DNA of 64,000 nt, taken from IMG/VR virus record IMGVR_UViG_3300045521_000059. One strand, written 5' to 3'. The notes under the pieces are model-generated. The model made no database searches, was not told the DNA's origin, and was given only the letters and a program-made list of their open reading frames with translations. The stretch comes from a virus. Each line of letters begins with the position of its first letter. The first letter of the stretch is position 1. The position numbers and the translations under genes were made by a program. Positions 15,781-25,574 of the stretch are shown piece by piece.

Positions 15781-16821
15781 TCATCTCCTGCCCTCATCGA
15801 CAACACCAAGTGACATCCTTTCAAAGAAATTAGTCGTCATATCCTGGAATGCCTGTTTCTCGTAATCACCATATGCGAGCAGAAAAGCAGTCGAGAATGC
15901 CTTTAAGACTTCGAATAATTTTTTCTCAGTAGGATTGGATCTGGCGACCTGTCCAGAAAATGAATTAGCACTACCGTTTTTGAGCAACCCAATATGCTTA
16001 TATCCAGGTTTGGATAATTTGTAGGATTTCGCCTTCTCGGTATAAGGCTGCCCTGTAAAATCATCCTCCCGCTCTGCTAACAAATAGAGCAAGGGTGCAT
16101 TTATATCTGCCCAGGAATTTTCATCTAAACCCATAACTCCTGGACCCTGCGGTGACATCAGTATGCCCGCAAAAAAACGAGGTTCAGTAAAAGTACGGCG
16201 CTTATTATCACCATCTCTCACGGAAGCACCAAGCAACATCTGGGCTACATAAGCACCGTAGCCGTGACCCACAATAATAGGACGTTCAACATTAACAGTT
16301 TGACCGATAGCATCTTCGACAAGTTTTACGTCATCAAGAACACTAACACACGCTTCTGCTCTCTCTTGCCATGCAACAGGATCTTCCAGCAATGCTGAGA
16401 TGTTCCATTCAGAATAGCTGTTTACCGACGTTTTCCTCAATGACGGACCATTTTCAATAATTGAATCACGATGAAGCGGGGCGACAACGACAAAACCATG
16501 GCTAGCCCAGTGCCAAAGAAGATCACGGTAAGCAAGCGGCTCAGCCACAGCCCCATGACTAAAAACAATCAAACGGGGATTTGGATGGTTACGTGGAAAG
16601 AAGACCATGTAATCAAATCCACGACCTTTCACCGTCGTTGGTGAAGCCGAAAAAACGAATGGACCTTGAGTTGCATACCTGGCATATCTCGGGTCGACAC
16701 CTGGAATATGCTCTCTAATAATCAAAGGTGAGTTTTCAGCATCTTGCGCAAGTGAGGTCGAAGTTAGTAAGCATGCAGCAGCGCCAATTAAAAAGGAACG
16801 TCTGTATTTATTGCACATCAA
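15781..16821 (-). CDS. Tat-exported alpha/beta-hydrolase-fold protein with Gly at the nucleophile position
   Basis: RRSFL Tat signal; VFSHG oxyanion motif; WASHGFVVVAPLH; GHGYGA in place of GHSxG. Confidence 0.75.
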   Translation of the reverse strand: MMCNKYRRSFLIGAAACLLTSTSLAQDAENSPLIIREHIPGVDPRYARYATQGPFVFSASPTTVKGRGFDYMVFFPRNHPNPRLIVFSHGAVAEPLAYRDLLWHWASHGFVVVAPLHRDSIIENGPSLRKTSVNSYSEWNISALLEDPVAWQERAEACVSVLDDVKLVEDAIGQTVNVERPIIVGHGYGAYVAQMLLGASVRDGDNKRRTFTEPRFFAGILMSPQGPGVMGLDENSWADINAPLLYLLAEREDDFTGQPYTEKAKSYKLSKPGYKHIGLLKNGSANSFSGQVARSNPTEKKLFEVLKAFSTAFLLAYGDYEKQAFQDMTTNFFERMSLGVVDEGRR

Positions 16822-17413
16822 CTAAATCCTCAAATATTTCTTGATTGGTAATAGCAAAAGTATCTATGTCTTGTATCAATGCCATTGCTTGCAGAAAAGC
16901 TTCTTCCCCGCCCAACATAACAGCGAGATTACTAACAGTTTCGAGACAATTGACAATATGTTCCATTGTCATGAACGAGGGCGGGATTAATTCTTCACGA
17001 CAAGCTATCAAAATACGAGACACAATCAGACAATGAGCGGAAGCCTCAGTAGACGGTGATGCAGGTATTCGGAACGCTGGGGCATAAGGACGAATTGTGA
17101 GACTATCGATTTCAAGACAATCGAGTAAAAGCTCAACCGGAGGCAATGCCTGATCAATCGCCGAAATCAGTGAGATAACCCAATCACCAGGTAAAATCGA
17201 TTGATGTGTTGTAGGAAAATCATAAAGCAAAGGCACATCACTGTCGTCTGGCAAAGGGCGAATTATTTCGCCATTTTTCCAACCAGACAATTCATCGCAT
17301 GCAAATGTGTTCCAGACTATTTTTCCGAGCAATGAACGGAATTTAGCTGGAGGAATATAAGGATGGTCTACCTCAAAAATATTATTTTGCACGGGCTGCG
17401 TCCTTGAAACCAT
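16808..17413 (-). CDS. hypothetical protein (201 aa)
   Basis: ORF coupled to the downstream gene. Confidence 0.6.
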   Translation of the reverse strand: MVSRTQPVQNNIFEVDHPYIPPAKFRSLLGKIVWNTFACDELSGWKNGEIIRPLPDDSDVPLLYDFPTTHQSILPGDWVISLISAIDQALPPVELLLDCLEIDSLTIRPYAPAFRIPASPSTEASAHCLIVSRILIACREELIPPSFMTMEHIVNCLETVSNLAVMLGGEEAFLQAMALIQDIDTFAITNQEIFEDLVDVQ

Positions 17414-17479
17414 TTATTTTCTCATCCATCATGCTACCTTGAATTAAACACTGCAACCATTTCTAGGAAATTCGACGTT

Positions 17480-18082
17480 TTGAAACACGAAGAAATAGAC
17501 CTGACCAAGCGTTCATTCATAAAAATGGCAGCCACACTTGGCGCAACGGCCGCGATATGTCCGCTTTCATCATTAATGTTACCAGATTCAGCAATGGCTG
17601 AGCCAATGGTTCCTCTACGATTATTTAATCCTCATACAGGAGAAACCTATTCTGTTGAACTATTTTCTGGATCTCAGTGGAATAAATCAGGGCTCCTGGT
17701 ATGCGATTGGATGATGCGCGACTGGCGACAGAAACAAGTCGTTAATTGCGACAGAAAGATTTACGCAGCTTTATACGTAATTCAACGTAAATTCAATGTT
17801 TCTTCGCCGATATCCATCAACTCTGGTTTCAGAAGCAATGCAACGAACCAAATGTTGAGATCGAATTCGATTTCCAGAAACAAAGGTAGAGCAACTTCAG
17901 AATCTCCTGCTGTAAACAGCCAGCACCTATATGCAAGGGCCGTTGATTTTTCCATACCAGGAGTGCCTGTACCAGTTGTTTCTCGGTATGTAAAATCACT
18001 AAATATCGGCGGACTTGGTGTTTATAGCACGTTTACGCACATGGATACTGGCCGCGTAAGACAGTGGGGCAAAGCGATTTAA
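17480..18082 (+). CDS. YcbK/MepK-family (DUF882, M15-like) murein peptidase with Tat signal
   Basis: KRSFIK signal; SGFRS, SQHL..RAVDF and HMDTG motifs. Confidence 0.85.
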   Translation: MKHEEIDLTKRSFIKMAATLGATAAICPLSSLMLPDSAMAEPMVPLRLFNPHTGETYSVELFSGSQWNKSGLLVCDWMMRDWRQKQVVNCDRKIYAALYVIQRKFNVSSPISINSGFRSNATNQMLRSNSISRNKGRATSESPAVNSQHLYARAVDFSIPGVPVPVVSRYVKSLNIGGLGVYSTFTHMDTGRVRQWGKAI

Positions 18083-18693
18083 TGGTATTAAACCGTCGAA
18101 TTATTTTATCGATGATAGCATCGTCAGTTTTAACGGCGGCAATGCCATCCGCAGCTTTCTCAGAATCAACTGCTGTTGCAGAAGTTTTAGATAGATTTAT
18201 CAACATCCGTTCAATGTCGGGTGATTTTGTTCAGTTTGATTCCAAAGGAAATCCGTCAGAAGGAACATTTTCATTCCTACGCCCTGGAATGGCTCGTTTT
18301 GACTACCGACAGAATAGCGGGCTGAATATTATTGCTGATGGAAAATCTGTTGCGGTTGAAAACAAACGCCTAAAAACATGGAACCTGTATCCGCTATCAA
18401 AAACGCCTCTGAACCTGTTGCTCGGAGATAAGATTGAAAAGAACAGTGGGATAATAAAATATTACGTAGAGAGAGATGGACTGATATCCATTAAAATGGC
18501 GGATCAGAAATCATTCGGGAATTCCACGATAGAAATCCTCTTGGATGGGAATTCCGGAGAATTAAGGCAGTGGACACTTCTGGACGAATCCGGACGAGAC
18601 ACAACGGTAGTTGTTCATAATATAAAAATAAACACTCCGATGCCGAAGCATATATTCCGCATCCCTTACAAAAATATTAGAGAACGTAATTAG
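18082..18693 (+). CDS. lolA: outer-membrane lipoprotein carrier LolA
   Basis: MSGDFVQ, RPGMARFDY, IIADGKSV and YPLSKTPL motifs typical of alphaproteobacterial LolA. Confidence 0.85.
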   Translation: MVLNRRIILSMIASSVLTAAMPSAAFSESTAVAEVLDRFINIRSMSGDFVQFDSKGNPSEGTFSFLRPGMARFDYRQNSGLNIIADGKSVAVENKRLKTWNLYPLSKTPLNLLLGDKIEKNSGIIKYYVERDGLISIKMADQKSFGNSTIEILLDGNSGELRQWTLLDESGRDTTVVVHNIKINTPMPKHIFRIPYKNIRERN

Positions 18694-18778
18694 AACAGAA
18701 CCCGCTGGTCTTTTCACCGGCGCTTGATAAGCATGCCATTGGCAGTGAACATGTATTTTGTAAATTCATGAGAAATAC

Positions 18779-19315
18779 ATGTTTCATTCAAAGATAACCA
18801 ACCTTGAATTAACTGAAGATGGCCACCCGTGCGAAGCAGCACTGGAGTTTCGCCGTATTGCTGTGACCAAACAAATTGTAGAAGACATCAGCATTAACAG
18901 CCTCGATCTGGCGATATCATTCGCGTGGACTGGCAAAGCAATTTCAAGGAGCAACAAGCTCGCTGCATGGCAACAGATTGGCGTAGATGCCAATACATGG
19001 GAAATGATACGTGCCATGGCGATTGATACAGAGATCAGGAGATTTGCACTCCATGATGCTCTCCATGCAAGCTCAGCGACGTCATATTCAACGACACTCG
19101 ATCTCATTCGAAGATCCAGTGCATTCAATCGCGCCATGACATCAGTTCAATCGACATTAAGCGTTACAAGCAATCAAGAGGATGTGTTGTTCTGGATGGG
19201 TGAACTGGCTCATATTGCCAAGCAAATACCAGGTCCACCAATGAAGCCATTCATAACAAAGGCAGACAACTTGGTACACTTGGCTTCATTCAGAAAAAGT
19301 AAGGCAGATACCTGA
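18779..19315 (+). CDS. hypothetical protein (178 aa)
   Basis: ORF; no motif recognised. Confidence 0.55.
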   Translation: MFHSKITNLELTEDGHPCEAALEFRRIAVTKQIVEDISINSLDLAISFAWTGKAISRSNKLAAWQQIGVDANTWEMIRAMAIDTEIRRFALHDALHASSATSYSTTLDLIRRSSAFNRAMTSVQSTLSVTSNQEDVLFWMGELAHIAKQIPGPPMKPFITKADNLVHLASFRKSKADT

Positions 19316-19321
19316 AAAATC

Positions 19322-20443
19322 TCACTCGGCCGCTAACAGATGCTGGCTATCGATGGACGCATCTTCAGCACGCAAATGTATGTCCAGACTTTTCGCCAGC
19401 CCTAGCGCTGCAAGATATGGAACTCCGTTACCAATCGTCTTGAAACAGGCGCTAAGCGTCATATCTTCCGGAAGCTGATAATCGGCAGGAAGAGATTGAA
19501 TTGCTAGGGCTTCAGCAACTGAGATACGACGTGGTTCGTTGGGATGAAGATGAACCTCATTATTCCCGTAAGCTGCCGTTGGACTATATCGCCAACGATG
19601 TAACCTTTTAAAAGACTTTTTCTTAACATCGCCTTCCGCAACAGTGTGAAACTTATCCGATTGTGGGTTGAACCACATATCACCATTAGGATGGTTTTCT
19701 ACATCGTTTCGATCAAACCAGTGTTGCACTGTGAGATCACGTGGAAGGTTTCTGCCGTCAGGAAAATCAACAAAATCCCCATGACAAAATTCCTTGGTTG
19801 TTGGCCAATTCAAATCCAACACATCTTCAGAATGCGACATTGAAGCTTCAAACGGAAATTTAAGATTTTCACTTCCATTGAGAACGCCGATCAAAAAAAT
19901 TCGCTTTCGATCCTGACCGACACCATATGCAACCGCGCTGGTCAAGCGATCATATAAGGTGAACCCGAATTCGGAAACAATCGCTTTTTGCTCGTCGTAA
20001 AACTGCCTATGAACCTTGGTTCGCCAGAGTCCCTCAACGTTTTCGAAAACAAAGAAGTCAGGCTTGATCTTGCAGATGAGGTCAAAATAAATCGATGTTA
20101 GGCGACCATGATCTCCTTCCGATCCAGCGTTCTTACCGCCAATCGAAAAATCAGGGCAGGGCGGGCCACCGACAAAGCCAACTTTTCTTCCAGTTCGGCG
20201 AATATCTTTAACCACGGCTTCGAGAACAGAAAGGTGATCACCTGAAATAAATTCTTCAATACTACCCAGGTGATGACCATAACGCGGACGCGGCGAACCG
20301 AGATGTTCTCTTGAATGCATATAGCCATCCAAAAATTCAGAAGCATACTCGTTGACCATATCGACACGAAACCCGGCATGCTCGAACCCGAGATCAAGAA
20401 ACCCAGCGCCAGTGAAGAAACTTATTATAGAATGCATTGCCAA
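19322..20443 (-). CDS. DNA (cytosine-5)-methyltransferase
   Basis: Motif I FTGAG, IV GGPPC, VI ENVEG, VIII QDRKRIF, X GNGVP. Confidence 0.95.
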   Translation of the reverse strand: MAMHSIISFFTGAGFLDLGFEHAGFRVDMVNEYASEFLDGYMHSREHLGSPRPRYGHHLGSIEEFISGDHLSVLEAVVKDIRRTGRKVGFVGGPPCPDFSIGGKNAGSEGDHGRLTSIYFDLICKIKPDFFVFENVEGLWRTKVHRQFYDEQKAIVSEFGFTLYDRLTSAVAYGVGQDRKRIFLIGVLNGSENLKFPFEASMSHSEDVLDLNWPTTKEFCHGDFVDFPDGRNLPRDLTVQHWFDRNDVENHPNGDMWFNPQSDKFHTVAEGDVKKKSFKRLHRWRYSPTAAYGNNEVHLHPNEPRRISVAEALAIQSLPADYQLPEDMTLSACFKTIGNGVPYLAALGLAKSLDIHLRAEDASIDSQHLLAAE

Positions 20444-20445
20444 AC

Positions 20446-21591
20446 CTATCTCAAAGCACGAAGAACGCCAAGAATTGCGCGCTCTGCAACAGGCACGACA
20501 ACAGAATCCCCAAGAAGATGATATGATGTCTCATCATGAGTAGGAACCTTAAATTCAGGATCGATCCCCAATAGTTTTTTGACTTCATTCACCGTCAACA
20601 TTCTATGGCCATGATCCGTTTTAACAAGGGCAGCTGAAGGATCATGCCAGTAGTCACAATCAATGCGAGAAGCATGTTGCCTTGGAAATTTGCGAGAATT
20701 GATGGAGTTTTTTACGAATACAGTTTCGGTTGTTTTAGTCTTTTCAACAAAAGACGATGCAAGCTTCGGAATGATTTCAGCGACAACCGGACGAACAGGA
20801 GAATTGAATGATTGAGAGACAGCGATAAAAAGCTCATACCCCTCCATCGGAACGAACCATTCAACATCCATGACCATAGAATGTACCTCGAAATCGCGAA
20901 AGTAATTTGCGATTAGGTCAGTATATGATGATGGATTTAAACCCAATCTTTGCCCAATTGTCCAATCAACACGGAAGATCGTGCATTTGGACCGATTACG
21001 AAAGTTTGAGGCAGCATCGACAATACGTGTCAAAGCAGGGTCTGTTTTACCACCGTTCAAGAAGACCGAAAAAGGTAAGTTCACCAAACACAAATCAACA
21101 AAGCTATTGGTCTCAACCAAGCTGTCGGAACCACGATTTTCTCTGAAAGTCGGGCGTGCCATAGGCGACACCAGATTAGAGCCGTGAGGGACTCCGCCAA
21201 TGTTGATTGAAGCAAGACCAAACGCGCCAAGACCAGGATTAATTTCAGTGAAAGAAAATGTCTGTTCCTGCAATCGCAACTCCAAAGAATCTTCTGCAAT
21301 ATCCTTTAGCACAGAGATGAGACGTTGGGCATATGTAATACGATCATTTTCTGCATGAAGCAGCGCCATGAATTCCTGATTTCGAAAAAGTGATGAAAGA
21401 TCAGGATCAGCATCAAACTCAATGTTATCCAATGCATTGCAGAATAAGGATTTCAATTTGGGAATTGAAGTTTTCGGATAGTTGAAAATAGAGAGCCAAG
21501 CCACCAGTGAACGACCCGCATCACGACGATTGGTTTTATTCGAACGGCCATCAATTGGCATCATAATTTCTGTCAAATCAGCTCTCATCAA
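20446..21591 (-). CDS. degenerate C5-methyltransferase-like protein
   Basis: C-terminus RMLTVNEVKKLLG...YHLLGDSVVVPV resembles motifs IX-X; no FxGxG or PC. Confidence 0.55.
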   Translation of the reverse strand: MMRADLTEIMMPIDGRSNKTNRRDAGRSLVAWLSIFNYPKTSIPKLKSLFCNALDNIEFDADPDLSSLFRNQEFMALLHAENDRITYAQRLISVLKDIAEDSLELRLQEQTFSFTEINPGLGAFGLASINIGGVPHGSNLVSPMARPTFRENRGSDSLVETNSFVDLCLVNLPFSVFLNGGKTDPALTRIVDAASNFRNRSKCTIFRVDWTIGQRLGLNPSSYTDLIANYFRDFEVHSMVMDVEWFVPMEGYELFIAVSQSFNSPVRPVVAEIIPKLASSFVEKTKTTETVFVKNSINSRKFPRQHASRIDCDYWHDPSAALVKTDHGHRMLTVNEVKKLLGIDPEFKVPTHDETSYHLLGDSVVVPVAERAILGVLRALR

Positions 21592-21808
21592 ATTGAACGG
21601 CTTAAAAACTATACATTATTATGATTAATTCTGTTTTAGACGATATAAGATGTCAACTGTTTTGGCAGGTGGCTTCCTTATATCGTCTAATTTAATTAAT
21701 ACCCTGAAGATAAATAAAAATTTCAGGGTTTTGATACGACGATCTATTGCGCCGATGAGTAAATTATACGTATCATCCAAAATCCGTTAATTTTAAAAGG
21801 TATATAAA

Positions 21809-22015
21809 GTGGAAGTTAAGGTTCGCGACAATCAGATCGAAAAGGCAATCAGAGTTCTTAAGCGTAAGATGCAGACAGAAGGAATTTTCCGTGAACTGCG
21901 GAAGCGTGAGTACTATGAATCACCTTCGGAAAAGAGACGTCGCGAAAAGAACGAGGCGGTCAGACGATATCAGCGTGAACGTCGCAAGCAGGATGAAGCG
22001 GACCTTCGCCGCTAA
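21809..22015 (+). CDS. rpsU: 30S ribosomal protein bS21
   Basis: [41 protein letters not shown]. Confidence 0.93.
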   Translation: MEVKVRDNQIEKAIRVLKRKMQTEGIFRELRKREYYESPSEKRRREKNEAVRRYQRERRKQDEADLRR

Positions 22016-22029
22016 ATAGGGGTACCGAC

Positions 22030-22284
22030 GTGGCATGTGATGTTGTTGTAACAGAAGGCGGACGTCTTACAGTCGTTTGTGATGTCGGACAAGAAATACC
22101 AGAGGCCGCTCTTATTCAGGGTGGCCATCTTTTTTTACAGTATAAGGGGCAACACTTTCATTTAGGGGAACTCCTGCCATCAGTATTAAGGCAAGCTATT
22201 AAGTGTACATTTGCAATGTTCGTCATTATGAATGAAACATCTGTAAGTTCATCAACCGAAATCAGACTCCAGATTGATGAGTAA
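22030..22284 (+). CDS. hypothetical protein (84 aa)
   Basis: ORF following rpsU. Confidence 0.5.
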   Translation: MACDVVVTEGGRLTVVCDVGQEIPEAALIQGGHLFLQYKGQHFHLGELLPSVLRQAIKCTFAMFVIMNETSVSSSTEIRLQIDE

Positions 22285-22519
22285 AGAACTGTGGCAGCGA
22301 TATATTCTGGCAGATACGATATCTTTACTGATAGAAAAGATGGGAGACGTTGCAGAACAAGACATTTCTTGGTCAGAGCAAAAACACTACTCCTTCTTCT
22401 GAAGAGTTTAATAGTGCAGAGGACAAAATTTCCTTATTTAGAAACAATGCCTTGGATAGGGAAAATAACAAAGTACCATTTAGCCAAGAATTATGGCGTC
22501 GACTGCGCGAGCCCAGACG
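22277..22519 (+). pseudogene. frameshifted remnant of a phage/plasmid protein with an HhH-like motif
   Basis: Protein-like segments spread over three frames, ending PYLETMPWIGKITKYHLAKNYGVDCASPD, then interrupted. Confidence 0.4.
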
Positions 22520-22695
22520 CGATATGTCACCAGACGCGAGCCATTTGGTCGGATGAAGGTGTTTCGGCAACGAGGACAAGCCGTCATCCCATTCGACTTC
22601 CGCTTAAATCGAATGGTTATGTTGATGTCCGCCTCGACAGTCTTATCGATGTCCACGAGCAAACCCTTAATACCCAGAATATCAGCCATGCTCAC
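22520..22695 (-). mobile_element. ISL3-family transposase N-terminal fragment
   Basis: MADILGIKG...ACPRC..FIRPNGSRLVTYR resembles the ISL3 zinc-finger start; truncated. Confidence 0.45.
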
Positions 22696-22743
22696 CCATC
22701 AGTTGAGGGCACCTATACGACACAGGCGTTAACGGTTGGGGAT

Positions 22744-23160
22744 TTATCGGCGGGCTAACTCGTCACGAGCATCTTTCATAGCCCGCTGCATGGCGAGGCG
22801 GACAGGGTCATCATTCGATCTGTTGAAATCGTTTCCCCAGAGAGCATGCTCTACGATCCCACGCAGGTAATCCTTCGACTGCCGGGTCACGCGCGGAGGG
22901 CAAATGCTCGGCATGTTTCGGAGGGCTTCAATGAGAAGTGGCTTCGACCAATTCATAAGCTTTTTATCCTCGCGAGAAACCCAAGAACCACGAAACTGTG
23001 CAAGCGGACGGCCCATGTTCAAAAACTTCAAACAACCGGATAGTCCGTTTTTAATAAACGATGTACCCTTGTCTAGCAACCGATAAATCAGGATTATGAA
23101 AGGTGTGTACCTTTGGTCCCTCCAACCCGAAAATCCGCAAAGCCCATAATTCTTTGGCAT
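22744..23160 (-). CDS. hypothetical protein
   Basis: ORF; true start uncertain. Confidence 0.45.
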   Translation of the reverse strand: MPKNYGLCGFSGWRDQRYTPFIILIYRLLDKGTSFIKNGLSGCLKFLNMGRPLAQFRGSWVSREDKKLMNWSKPLLIEALRNMPSICPPRVTRQSKDYLRGIVEHALWGNDFNRSNDDPVRLAMQRAMKDARDELARR

Positions 23161-23248
23161 GCATGCGCTAATTGCCTATAAATTCACGGGCAAGATTTGT
23201 AATAAGCCAGAATTATCAACTATTCTATAAATAATCCATTATAGGAAA

Positions 23249-23542
23249 ATGAAGATGGTTGATATGCCCGGAATTTTATCGATTGCAGACCCAGAAGAGG
23301 TGCTGTTTACTCCGGTCGGGGATGGTTTCCTCCGAAAACACGGACGGATGAGATGCCCATGCTGCCGAGTAGATGGAATTGATCGCATAGTTGAAATTGC
23401 TCCTGCTGTTAGCGGATCTGGTCGTAAGAAAGCTGCTGTGTGCCGTGACCATGAAGCCGATGGAAAGATAGCATTAAGGCGGGAATGGGAGTCATCAAGA
23501 CCAGATTATTCAGATGCATCGTTCTTTCTCGGACTTAGGTGA
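23249..23542 (+). CDS. hypothetical protein (97 aa), Cys-containing
   Basis: ORF with AGGA RBS. Confidence 0.5.
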   Translation: MKMVDMPGILSIADPEEVLFTPVGDGFLRKHGRMRCPCCRVDGIDRIVEIAPAVSGSGRKKAAVCRDHEADGKIALRREWESSRPDYSDASFFLGLR

Positions 23543-23648
23543 AATCAGTAAAAGAGTCGAAGAATCTAGTAGAATCAATAGGTTATATAAGAATTGTATT
23601 GACGCCAGCATCTGAATAATTTAGCCCTTCCTGCAAAGGAGAGCGGTT

Positions 23649-24113
23649 ATGGCTTCGATATATTTCAAAGGGCGAATTGATTTCGATCTGCTCTCGATGA
23701 GCGACATTAGTGAGATCACTGCGGCAATTGCCTCATTGCAATCCATGGCAAACAAACATGGTTTTGATTTTGTTTCTGGCCCATCAAGGAGGGGAGTACC
23801 CAGGCCAGATGCAGCGGGATCGAAAACAATTGAGCGGCCAAAAGCACAACGCAGGCTATTATTGACCCTTCTGTCTCATCATAAGCCAATGTCATCGAAT
23901 AAAATTGCTGAGACTACTGGATTAAAAGAAGGAACGATTTATCCACACTTGTCGTCGTTATACGCGGATGGCCTCATCAATAAAATTCGAGTGAAAAGGG
24001 AAGAACGTGATCGAGTTTCAGGCCCTAGATCAATTACAACCTACGCACTCACAGTGACAGGAAGTGAGATTGCGGAAAAAATTCAAAACAGCGGGCATAA
24101 TTTACTAGAATAA
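23649..24113 (+). CDS. winged-HTH transcriptional regulator
   Basis: MSSNKIAETTGLKEGTIYPHLSSLYADGLI wHTH pattern. Confidence 0.75.
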   Translation: MASIYFKGRIDFDLLSMSDISEITAAIASLQSMANKHGFDFVSGPSRRGVPRPDAAGSKTIERPKAQRRLLLTLLSHHKPMSSNKIAETTGLKEGTIYPHLSSLYADGLINKIRVKREERDRVSGPRSITTYALTVTGSEIAEKIQNSGHNLLE

Positions 24114-24118
24114 TGCAC

Positions 24119-24147
24119 TTGCATTTTCCTGATTAAATAGGCATAAG
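24119..24147 (+). promoter_or_regulatory. promoter of the trpS leader
   Basis: TTGCAT-N17-CATAAG; predicted +1 coincides with the ATG at 24154. Confidence 0.55.
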
Positions 24148-24153
24148 TGATTT

Positions 24154-24222
24154 ATGTGCAAATTAGAAAAAACCAGAGCAGCTTCGACTGCAACGATGAA
24201 TTGGTGGCGCTCAGTCAATTGA
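24154..24222 (+). CDS. TrpL-like leader peptide MCKLEKTRAASTATMNWWRSVN
   Basis: Tandem TGG TGG near the end, overlapping hairpin CGCTCA/TGAGCG; upstream of trpS; alternative start at 24196. Confidence 0.72.
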   Translation: MCKLEKTRAASTATMNWWRSVN

Positions 24223-24350
24223 GCGACCCTAAACGTATGCACATTTAATCTTTAAACATGTCGACGAATAGGATCGTTCCGTAAGGAATGGTATCCGAAT
24301 TCGGATTTCTTCACATCGGACGATCCTAAACAATTAAAAAGGATAATCCA

Positions 24351-25358
24351 ATGTCTACAATTAATATCGCCCCAATCGCACTCACTGGCGACCGTCCGAC
24401 TGGACCTCTTCATCTCGGCCATTACGCAGGATCGTTGCAGCAACGACTTCGTCTTCAGGATGAAGGATATCGTAGCTTCGTTATGATTGCCGATATGCAG
24501 GCCTACACTGACAATGCCGAGAATACGGCCAAGATCAGGGACGCCATTCCGCAGGTGGTCTCGGACTATCTTGCAATCGGCCTCGATCCCAGCAGGACAA
24601 CCATATTCCTGCAATCAGCCGTGCCAGAACTCGCGGAGTTGACAATGCTCTATATGAACTTCATTACGGTGTCCCGTCTGGAACGAAACCCGACCATCCG
24701 CGATGAACTTAAAATGCGAGACTTTGAGCGTGATATTCCTTCTGGTTTCTTGTGCTATCCAGTATCGCAAGCCGCCGACATTACAGCATTCAAGGCCACT
24801 TGCATCCCTGTTGGAGATGATCAACTACCTATGATCGAGCTAGCTCAGGAAGTTGCCAGGAAGATCAACCGGGCAGGCAACAGGGAAATTCTCCCGACAC
24901 CGAAAAGCCTTCTGTCCAAGGTCACTCGCCTTCCAGGAATTGACGGTAAAGCGAAAGCGAGCAAGTCACTTGGTAACGCCATCTTTCTGCATGACAGCCA
25001 GAAGGAGGTAAAAGACAAGGTCATGGCGATGTATACCGACCCCAATCATCTCCTCGTCAGTGATCCTGGCCAAGTCGAGGGCAACGTAGTGTTCTCGTAC
25101 CTTGACGCCTTCGAAATGGACCAGGAGAAAGTAGAAGACCTGAAGAAACGATATCGGGCGGGTGGATTGGGTGACGTCACGATCAAGAAGGAACTAATTA
25201 CATCCCTTGAACGGATCATGATGCCCATTCGCGACCAGCGCGCAGTCAATGATATCGACTTCAAAGACATTATTCGTCAGGGTTCAAAGGAGGCACGTGA
25301 TGTAGCGGCACAAACGCTCTCAGAGGTAAAAGATGCGTTGGGTGTATTTTCGTTGTGA
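24351..25358 (+). CDS. trpS: tryptophanyl-tRNA synthetase
   Basis: TGDRPTGPLHLGH (HIGH motif), YPVSQAADI, VPVG-type PVGDDQ, KASKS (KMSKS variant). Confidence 0.97.
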   Translation: MSTINIAPIALTGDRPTGPLHLGHYAGSLQQRLRLQDEGYRSFVMIADMQAYTDNAENTAKIRDAIPQVVSDYLAIGLDPSRTTIFLQSAVPELAELTMLYMNFITVSRLERNPTIRDELKMRDFERDIPSGFLCYPVSQAADITAFKATCIPVGDDQLPMIELAQEVARKINRAGNREILPTPKSLLSKVTRLPGIDGKAKASKSLGNAIFLHDSQKEVKDKVMAMYTDPNHLLVSDPGQVEGNVVFSYLDAFEMDQEKVEDLKKRYRAGGLGDVTIKKELITSLERIMMPIRDQRAVNDIDFKDIIRQGSKEARDVAAQTLSEVKDALGVFSL

Positions 25359-25574
25359 ACCCTCCCATTCGCAACGGAAAAGATTTCCGTTATAATCAGC
25401 GAAATGTTTTTTGATGATGGTCCGCGCACTCTTAATCGTCAGGATAGTCCGCCGTGAATCGCATTAGCTAAGGCGGATGACTCAACGTGTCAGAAACTAG
25501 TCCGAGTAATACTCATAAAACCGTAGACAAATGCTTTTGCTCGAATAATTCTTTATAAAACTAAAGGAGAAAAA

